A stretch of 20,000 nucleotides of DNA, from assembly GCA_001724245.1 (NCBI GenBank), contig MEDX01000016.1, positions 60,113 through 80,112 of the forward strand, read 5' to 3'. How positions within the stretch are numbered: the stretch's first letter is position 1; each line of letters begins with the position of its first letter. The translations under genes were made by a program, and so were the position numbers. The notes beneath the pieces are model-generated. The model did no database searches, was not told where the DNA came from, and was given only the letters and a program-made list of their open reading frames with translations. Positions 11,702 through 20,000 of the stretch are shown in pieces. The stretch is from Fonticula-like sp. SCN 57-25. Lineage: Eukaryota.

Positions 11702-14700
11702 ATGACCACCCGCCGAGCGAAAGCGAAAGATGCGACGCTGGGTACGGCATTCGGGGGAGGAGAGGGCTCGCTTGTTGTAAAATGGAGCTGACATGGTGAT
11801 TTTTATAGTGATGCCGGCCGAGGAGGACGGCATCCGGTTCATCTCGCTAAATCGGACGTTTCCGTCCAAGACGCTGCGTCTGACCGATTTTCCTGCCATG
11901 TTGGGGCGGCAGCCGGTGCCGAAAGACACGGATCCCTCTCGAGTGCTCAGCTTTTCGAGCAAGGTGGTGTCGCGCCAACACGCTGAGCTTTTTATCCGCG
12001 ATAACAAGCTTCTTATTCGCGACACAAAGAGCTCCACGGGCACCTTTCTCAAGTCGCAGCGGCTAGCTCCGCGCGGCGAAACAAGCCAACCCTTTGAGAT
12101 CAACGACGCGGAAGTTATTCGTCTCGGAGAGGACTACACGTCGGACGGCGAGCTCCACCAGTGCATCAAGATGGTGGTGTACTTGCCACCGAGTATGAAG
12201 GTGCCCACGGCCGACATCGACCCGTCTTACTCGAGCAACACCTTCACCGTCCCGGTCGAGCGCCATCTTCTCGAGACTGTGTACGCTCCTCGCCAGCCGT
12301 CCGGAATTGAAAGCAAGGCGTCCCCAACAAAGGCCGAGTCGCCGGCTGGGTTCCCCCGCGCGAGGCACGCTTCGGACGTGATCACGGCCAATGGCGACGA
12401 AGAGACGGAGCGTGCCTATACGAAATCATTGCCGGTACGCCGCCTTTCGCTACTCTTTAGTATGCCAACACGCCCTAGATTGATATGCGCGTCTATACGC
12501 GAGATGGCGACTATTGCGTAGTTTCCGTGGTGCTGGGCGCGTCCACATCTCAAATCCTAGTGCAGGTGCAGGCCGCCTGGCAGAATGCGTCGGGCGCGAA
12601 TGTCCAGCTGAACGACGCGCGTCGCCTCTACATTGTGCGGAACGGCATGAGCGGTGCGCACAGTTGTTTTTTCTGTTTTCGTTTGCTGACACAAGCCAAA
12701 GAGCGCGAGCTTTCTCCGAGCGAGTTCCCCGGCCGCATCCAGCTTCAGCTGTTGTCCCAGTTTGGCTACGATGTCGCGAGCGGGCTCATGGAGGCATGCG
12801 CCGAGGACCACTCGTACATGTTCCGCTTTATTGCGAGCGACTACCCTGAGGCGCCGTCGGAGGACTTTGTGCTGGCAGGCGACTCGACCGTGGCGGACCT
12901 CTCTGGGCGGAACCTCGTCGCGCCGCCCACGTCCCTGGTGGACGCGGCCAAGGCGGGTTCTCTGCTCTCGCTCGACATTTCGAGCAACCCGTCGCTCTAC
13001 TTGGACGACGCGCTCGTCAAGTCGTGCGCATCGACGCTCAAGCAGCTGACGGCCAACGACAACAACTTGACGGAGCTCCCAGCTAGCATCGGCTGGCTCG
13101 GCAGCCTGGTGTCGCTGCGCGCGGCCCGCAACCGGCTTCATTCGCTACCGTCGCTGTCGAACTTGGAGCAGCTCCGCTTTCTTGACCTGCGCAGGAACTC
13201 GCTCTCGACGCTGCCGGACGACCTGAGCGCGCTCAAGCAGCTAGCCGTGCTCAATGTTGCGAGCAACGCGTTTGATGCGATTCCCGCGAGCGCGACGCGG
13301 CTAGGCACGCTCATTGAGGCCGACTTTTCGTTCAATTCCCTCAAGACGCTGCCGGCCTCTTTTGACGGGTGGACAGGGTCGCTCCGGTCGCTGTTGGTGG
13401 CGGGCAATAGCCTCGCCGACTTGCCAAAGTCGATCGCGACTCTCAAGAGCCTCGTCGAGCTGGATATTCGGCACAATGCCATCACGGACGTCTCCTTGCT
13501 CAAGGGACTGCGCTCGCTCACGTTGCTACTCGCGGACGACAACCGCATCACTACGGCGTTTGCCGTGTCGTCGCTGGACGCATACAGCTTTTCTCACAAC
13601 CCGATTAGCTCTGTCGAATGCATATTGTCGCTGGCGCCGACGCCGCCGTCCGTGTCGCCTGGCGACATGGAGCCGCCAAGCAAGCCGCTTGCGCGGTCGC
13701 GGGCACAGAAGCGCCTGCCGAGTTCCAAGCGGACATCGACCATTACTGCGTCGACGCATTCCAGCCAGGGCACGTCGTCGACGCTCTCGAGTTTGTCAAG
13801 CGGGGGCTCTGCGTCGAGCCTGTCGGCGAGCTCGACGCTTGCGAACCCGTCGATGCACCGCGCGCGCTCGCTGCTCCAGCTTGACCGGCTGCACCTGCGG
13901 AACGAATCGTCGCCGATGCTCGTGCACTCGCCGCTTTCGACTGCGCGCTTCTCCAACTCGTTTAGCTTTATCAGCTCGCTGTCGATGGCGCACGGCGTTT
14001 TGCGCGAGTTTCCCGAGGCGCTCTTCCAGATCAGCACGCTCCTGCAGCTCGACTTTAGCTACAACCGCATTTCGGCGTTTAGCGTGCCAAAGGCGTGCGC
14101 GTCAACGTCGCAGCTGCAGATCCTCAACTTGTCGCACAACCGCCTGACGGCACTACCTGCGTCAATCGACGCGCTGACTCACCTGGCGTCGCTCGACGTG
14201 AGCGACAACCAGCTGGCGGCACTGCCGGCGTGCCTGTGGACGCTGCCGCTGACGACGCTCAACGCGTCCGTGAACGCGCTCACGGCCTTCCCCGAGCCAC
14301 CTCTTTCCACATCAAACATCTCAATGTCGACGCCGTCATCGTCGGCAAGCTCGTTCGCCTCATGGGCCATCGTCGACTCGCTGGCGCACCTTTTGCTGTC
14401 GTTCAACCGCTTTACGGGAGCCAGCCTGGCGCCGCTCGCGCACCTGACAAACGTTGAGCTGCTATCGGTGAGCCAGAACCCGCTGCAGGGCGACCTACCC
14501 GCGTGGGTCGGGTCACTGGGCGGGTCGCTCGAGGCGCTGCACATGTCACACTGCGAGCTGACGTCGGCACCGGACGATGTGCTTGACCGCCTCCGCGCGC
14601 TGCGCATCCTGGACCTGTCGTGCAACCGCCTGACCGTGCTTCCGGCGGCGCTCGCCAAGGTCAAGTCGCTGCAGTCGGTGGACGTGCACGACAATGCGCT

Positions 14701-17016
14701 AAAGTATGACGTGATGAACTGGTCCGACGGCTGGAACTGGAACTGGAACGTGGAGCTGCGCCACCTCGACTTGTCGTACAACTCATCGTTGTTGATTGTG
14801 GCGAGCAAGTTTGGCGCGCTCGAGGGCTTTGCCGCATGCGAGCGGCTCGAGTTCCTAGGGCTTTCCGGCGTGCAACTCAAGGCCGGCACCGCAGTCCCCG
14901 TCGCGCTCAAGCGCCACGGCCGCGTGCGCCGGCAGCAGGCGTCACGCACGGTGCGCTTTGCGACGGCCAACTCGCCCTGGACGTCGTCGTCGACGACCAT
15001 CTGGGACGCGTCCGTGCCGCACTTTCGCCGGTCGCAGACGGAGCACTTTTTCGCCGTCATCGATTCGACCGACGCGACGCTGGCGCGCTTCCTCGCCGAC
15101 CGCCTCCCGATCGTCTTTGCCGCCGAGCTCGCGCGCCTTTCTGAGAATTTGACCGCGCTCGCGGCGCGCCGCACATTCCTCCTGCTCAACGACGAAGTGT
15201 GCAACTTTCCGCCGAACGCGCCGCACAGCGCCTCGGCCGTCGTCGCGTACCTCCGTGGTGACTACCTTGTACTCGGCCACGTTGGCGGCGCGCGTGCACT
15301 TCTTGTCTCGCGCCGCGAGCCGGCATCGCTTCCGACGCAGTACAATGACCACACACCGTCGTCACGCAGCGAGGCGCGCCGCATGATCCAAGCGGGCGGT
15401 TGCCTTGACCGCAACTCGTCGCTGCGTACTGGCGACGTCGAAGTGTCGGCGGTCGGTCTGTCGCGCGCTCCTTCCGAGTCGGACGCCAGCGTCGCTTCGC
15501 TCGACTCGAATGCTGCGCCGGGCTCGCACCTGCACGAGCTTCGCAGCTCGCGCGCCTTTGGTATGGCGAGCCTCGTTCCGATCATTAATGCAAACCCATT
15601 TGTCGTCGAGCTGCATGTGGACGCGGCGACCGACGACCTGCTCGTGCTCGCCAGCCAGGAGTTGTGGGACCACGTGTCGGATGGTGAGGTATCGTCGACG
15701 TGCCGCTTGGCGATGGCGACGACGCACGCGGACCCGGACCGCGCACTCGCGACCGACGAAGCGTGCGCGCGCGTGGCGTCGGCGGTTCGCGACCTGGCAA
15801 TCGCGCACGGCGCCAAGGACGAGCTCGCCGTGACGGTGATTTCGCTGCGGCGTCTCGGCCTTGCTTCGCTTCCTCCGAGCGGGAGCGGCAGCAGCGGCAG
15901 CGCGCAGATGCTCAAGCCGTCGCCGTCGCTGAATGTCGACAAGGCGCCGATCGGCCGCGTGGCGCTTGTCTTCACCGACATTAAGGGATCGACGTCGCTG
16001 TGGGAGCGCGACGCGATTGCGATGCACGACGCGATCCTCGTGCACAACCGGATCATGCGCGAGCTGCTCGCCGAAGTTGGCGGGTACGAGGTCAAGACGG
16101 AAGGCGATGCATTCATGCTCGCCTTTTGGAGCGTGCGGGACGCGCTCGAGTGGTGCACGCGCGTTCAGATGGCGCTGCTCGAGGAGCCCTCGTGGCCCGC
16201 CGCCGTGCTCGCTGCGCCCGTCGGCCTCGAGCGCCGCGGCCCCGACGGCGTGCTCCTCTATCGCGGCGTGTCCGTCCGCATGGGCATCCACGTGGGTGCA
16301 CCGGTCGCGGAGCCGGACCCGACGACCGGCCGCATGGACTACTTTGGGCCGGTCGTGAACCGCGCAGCGCGCGTGTGCTCGGCAGCCGACGGCGGCCAAA
16401 TCTTTGTCTCGATGGACGCGTGGGAGGAGGCGGAGGATGGCCTTGATGAGCTCGCGGCGCGCAACGTAACGGTGTACGCGCGCGACATTGGCGAGTACGT
16501 CTTGAAGGGCCTCGAGACGCCGCAGCACCTCTGGGTTGTGTACCCGAACGCGGTGGCGGAGCGCGACGCGTTTGCGGTTGTTGGCGGCGGCACAAAGGAG
16601 GAGAAGCTTGATTTAACCAACTATTACACGAGCATGCCCGCATCAGAAGTCGCCATCGAGCGGTGGCCGTGCATCCACGCCACAGACGGGCTGCCCAAGG
16701 AGGCTGCAAAGTGCGATTTAATTTTTAATGGTTTTTGCTGACGTATCTTAGGCGAGGGAGGCTTATCCTCACGGCGGGTTACATTTGCTTCCTGCCAAAG
16801 GTCAAGAGCTTTTTGAACAAGAACAAGGAGCGCGACTGGGTTGTCCGCCTGGCGGACGTGCGCGGCGTAAAGGTGGAGAGCTCTATCCAAGGGTTTGGCC
16901 CGGGCATCCGCGTGCAGGTCGGCAACGACTCGTTTTTGTTTGTGCTGCTGGGGACGGACGCTCGTGACGTGAGCGATCGCCTTACAAAGGCCTGCCAGGC
17001 GCTCAAGGAATTGTGA
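11702..17016 (+). CDS. CYR1: Fungal-type (Cyr1-like) adenylate cyclase with architecture FHA-RA-LRR-PP2C-like-class III cyclase-GRAM; exons 11702-11741, 11809-12434, 12479-12653, 12702-16710, 16752-17016 (~1704 aa)
   Basis: Cyclase motifs VFTDIKGSTSLWE, GYEVKTEGDAFM, RGVSVRMGIHVG, RMDYFGPVVNRAARV..ADGGQI. About 20 LRRs including the Cyr1 hallmark LKYDVMNWSDGWNWNWN. PP2C-like SRAFG/LVLASQELWD/VRDLAIAHG. RA-like MRVYTRDG..ERELSPSEFP. Four canonical introns (11742-11808, 12435-12478, 12654-12701, 16711-16751) join the ORFs in frame. Confidence 0.9.
11826..12185 (+). other. FHA domain (SLMAP/Far9/Dma-like) at the N-terminus of the adenylate cyclase
   Basis: MLGRQ, FSSKVVSRQHA, IRDTKSSTGTFL..QRL, EVIRLGEDY, HQCIKM. 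The phosphothreonine-binding G-R and S-x-x-H residues are present. Boundaries are approximate. Confidence 0.88.
16610..17005 (+). other. GRAM (PH-like) domain at the C-terminus of the adenylate cyclase, split by intron 16711-16751
   Basis: Spliced sequence MPASEVAIERWPC..KRGRLILTAGYICF..WVVRLADVRGVK..PGIRVQV..SFLFV plus a terminal helix matches the GRAM pattern LP..E.....F.C...GRLYLT..YICF...IP..DI..I.K. Boundaries are approximate. Confidence 0.75.
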
Positions 17017-17237
17017 TTCAATTTACTACCTTGCGAGCGGTTGTACTTTTATACCATTTTCTTTCTTTTTGGGTCTGCCCTTTTGTAGTACAGCAAGCAT
17101 CTATATCTACACGCCAATATACAACTTTACGGTTTGCCACTTTTTAAAAGACCCGAAAAGACACGTGTGATGCATTCGTTTATGGGATAGGGAGATGGTA
17201 CGGCCAAAAATGTACAAATTTAATCACCTTACTTTAG

Positions 17238-19558
17238 CTATGATGCGGGCGCGCCATCCGCCGGCTTGAGCGTCGTCTCCGGCGCCGGCTTGGTCGTCGT
17301 CTCGGGCTCGGGCCTCTTCCAGGCCGCGTCGACAATGTCCGCGTATGTGGCGCGCTCCGGGAACGGCCTGGCGCCGAGGAGCTCGACCATGTCCTCCTTG
17401 CTGAGCACCTCGCGGTCGAGCAGCCGCTTTGCAACAGCCTCGACGTGGTCCTTGTGCTTTGTGAGCAGCTCGCGGGTGCGCGTGCGGGCCTTTTCGACCA
17501 TCTCGCGCGCCTCCTTGTCGATAAGCCGCGCGGTCGCGTCGGCGTACGGCTTGACAAACGACTGGTCGTCCTGCTGGAAGCTGACGTGGCCAACGGCAGG
17601 GCTCATGCCGAGCGCGACGATCTGCTGGTACGCGAGCTTGGTGATGCGCTGCAGGTCGTCGTGGGCGCCCGTCGTGATGCGGTTGAAAAAGATCTCTTCC
17701 GACACGCGGCCGCCGAGCATGACGCACATGCGGTCCTGCAGCTGCGACTTTGTATAAATGTTTTGCTCCCTCGGCAGGTACTGGGCGTATCCGAGCGCCG
17801 CCGAGCCGCGTGGGATGATGCTGACCTTGAGCAGCGGGTCGGCAAACTGGAGGAACCACCCGGCCACGGCGTGACCGGCCTCGTGGTACGCGACGGTGCG
17901 CTTCTCCTCGGGCGACAGCAGGCGCGTCTTCTTTTCCAGGCCGCCAATGACACGCTCAATGGCCATCTCAAAGTGAGCAAGGCCGACCTCGGTGGCGCCG
18001 TGGCGCGCGGCAATAAGCGCGGCCTCGTTGCAGACGTTGGCAATGTCCGCGCCGGCAAAGCCGGGGGTCAGCGTCGCGAGGCGCTTGGCAATGGCGTCGG
18101 GCGCCTCGGTCGACGCGAGCTTGATGGGCGACAGGTGTACCTTGAAGATGGCGTAGCGGCCCTTAAGGTCGGGCTTGTCGATCGTAACCTGTCGGTCAAA
18201 GCGGCCGGGGCGCTTCAGCGCCGCGTCCAGCACGTCCGGCCGGTTCGTGCCGGCGAGCACAATGACGTGGTTGTCTGTGTCAAAGCCGTCCATCTCAACA
18301 AGCAGCTGGTTCAGCGTATTCTCACGCTCGTCGTTGCTGCCAAACTGGTTCTTGCGGCCGCGCATCTTGCCAATCGCGTCAATCTCGTCGATAAAGACAA
18401 TGCACGGCGCGTGCTTCTTGGCCGTCGCAAAAAGGTCGCGCACGCGCGAAGAGCCGACACCAACAAACATCTCGTTAAACTCGGAGCCGGAAACGGACAG
18501 GAACGGCACGCCAGCTTCGCCAGCGGTCGCCTTGGCAAGCAGCTGCAATTGCACGTGAGCGCAGAGTAAAATACAAGAGCGCGCGTACCGTCTTTCCCGT
18601 GCCGGGAGGGCCGCTGAGGATGGCACCGCGCGGGATCTTGGCACCGAGCGCCTCATACTTTGTGGGGTCCTTCAAAAAGTGGACGAGCTCCATGATCTCC
18701 TCCTTGGCCTCGTCGCACCCGGCGACGTCCGCGAACCGGACCTTGGCCTCGTTCTCGAGGTTGTACAGCTTGGCTTTCGACTTGCCCACGTTAAAGAGAT
18801 TCGCGCCGCCGCCACCAGACTGCTTCATTTGGTTGATGCCCGCGCGGTTAAAGTAGACGAGAGCCGCGATGAGCAGGACGGTCGGGCTGATGGCCCACAA
18901 AAGCTGAGAAAGGTGGCCTTCCTCCGCGTACGTTACAGGGACAAATAGGCTCGTCTCAATGCCGCGTGCCTACACAATTCGTAAGATAAGAAAGTACGTT
19001 GGATGTGCGGCGTACGTGCTGGGCCTCTTCGAGGCGGCGCTCAAAGGCTTCGAGGCTGCCGATGTGGAAATAGTATTGGCGGTCAGCACTGAGGAGGCCG
19101 CCCCGCTTGAGGTGAACGCGGACAAAACGCCTATTTATAACCTCCAGTCGCTCCACCTCGTCACGGTCGAGCATCATTTCCTTAAACTCTTTCCATGTCG
19201 TTTCGCGCTCGGGGTTGCCGCTCGCGAGGTAAAGTCCGGCAAATGCGAGCGATGACCAGAGGAACATGTTGCGCGCGGAGCGGAACTGCGGGTTATTCTG
19301 CATCTGAGTAAAGTCAATGCCCTTTCCGGCCTCGGCAGCGCCCTTTTGCGAGGCGCCACCAGCAGGCCCAGCCGCTCCCGGCTTGGGCGCCGCATCGCCG
19401 TTCGCGAGGAACCGCCGGCCCACCAGAGGGAGGCGCAAGGCGCTCACCCGGGGAGCCGCAGCAACTCTAAATAAAAATAAAATAAGAAGCACAAACGTGA
19501 GTCAAAGAGCGAGAAAGCAGCCAATGCTAAATAGTGCGCACCTCGCGAATCGCCACAT
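17238..19558 (-). CDS. AFG3: Mitochondrial m-AAA (FtsH-family) metalloprotease, AFG3/AFG3L2-like; exons 19558-19542, 19466-19016, 18969-18589, 18542-17238 (~717 aa)
   Basis: Arg/Ala-rich presequence, two TM segments flanking [31 protein letters not shown], Walker A GPPGTGKT, Walker [36 protein letters not shown] Zn motif, [18 protein letters not shown]. Introns 19541-19467, 19015-18970, 18588-18543. Confidence 0.95.
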
Positions 19559-19786
19559 GGCTAATCACACGACGACGCTGATGCCGAGAATGACGCCAAT
19601 CCAAGCGCCAGGCTGCTCCTCAAGTACCGTGACGTTATCCCAATCACTGATTTTCCCTGATTTCCTGATTTTACACAATCGAGATGACGGACGCTGATTG
19701 GTCAATAATAATGACCTCCGCGGATGCGCGGATGGTGCCAAGTGATAACACCTGGCCAGCCTCCCCTCCGTCGCTCCATTCCAGCT
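19559..19786. promoter_or_regulatory. AFG3 promoter, probably divergent with the next gene
   Basis: Several CCAAT boxes (19596-19600, 19640-19646, TGATTGGTCA 19695-19704), TGACG half-sites and three CTGATTT copies at 19647-19671. Confidence 0.55.
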
Positions 19787-20000
19787 ATGCGCACGTTGGT
19801 GGCGGTCGTGCTGCTGGCGGCCAGTGTGCACGGGCACAGCCTGTGCCACCACGAGCGCGCCGCACCGCTTTTGAGCGCTTCGTGGAGCCGCGGATATGAA
19901 TATTTGACAGTCTCTGTCAACCTTCCAGCTGGCGCCCCTTGAATCATGTTTTGCTTGCAATTGGTAAAACCACGAGCGCCGCGGAGAACACGGTGTCGTG
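19787..20000 (+). CDS. Probable 5' end of a secreted protein (partial)
   Basis: MRTLVAVVLLAASVHG resembles a signal peptide and lies downstream of a CCAAT-containing gap. A candidate acceptor (TTGAC..TTCCAG at 19928) leads to a frame open to the window end (WRPLNHVLLAIGK..). The donor site is uncertain. Confidence 0.45.

Noticed and set aside
14731-14749. (CTGGAA)3 tandem repeat
   Set aside because: Encodes the conserved WNWNWN motif of Cyr1-type cyclases.
93-19000. Many long antisense or alternate-frame ORFs (e.g. 14179-15204, 15362-16528, 17445-18569)
   Set aside because: Shadow ORFs expected from high-GC codon usage; no recognisable motifs.
19647-19671. Three CTGATTT copies
   Set aside because: Too short to call a repeat element; at most a promoter motif.
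1-20000. Alternative genetic code, mobile elements, CRISPR arrays, RNA genes
   Set aside because: Long exons have no in-frame stops and genes end in TGA or TAG; no transposase, terminal repeats, spacer arrays or tRNA/rRNA signatures were seen.

Overview
This is compact, GC-rich eukaryotic genomic DNA in the standard genetic code. It has tiny spliceosomal introns (41-75 nt; GTRCGC/GTAYGN donors, CTRAC/CTAAT-type branch points) and intergenic gaps of about 160-280 nt. Genes strictly alternate strand: (1) the 3' ~2350 codons of a UBR4/BIG E3 ligase (+); (2) an STK16/Env7-like NAK kinase (-); (3) a single-pass EGF-repeat receptor with a degenerate TKL-like kinase domain (+); (4) a degenerate glycogenin-like GT8 protein with a coiled-coil tail (-); (5) a fungal Cyr1-type adenylate cyclase (+); (6) a mitochondrial m-AAA protease AFG3 (-); (7) the start of a probable secreted protein (+). 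The most notable result comes from splicing gene 5, which joins three separate ORFs into one ~1704-aa FHA-RA-LRR-PP2C-cyclase-GRAM protein. This differs from the canonical fungal architecture at both ends. The mix of a Cyr1-type cyclase, UBR4 and an EGF receptor-like kinase suggests an early-diverging fungus or fungal relative (inference). All family assignments are by-eye motif recognition, not database results.
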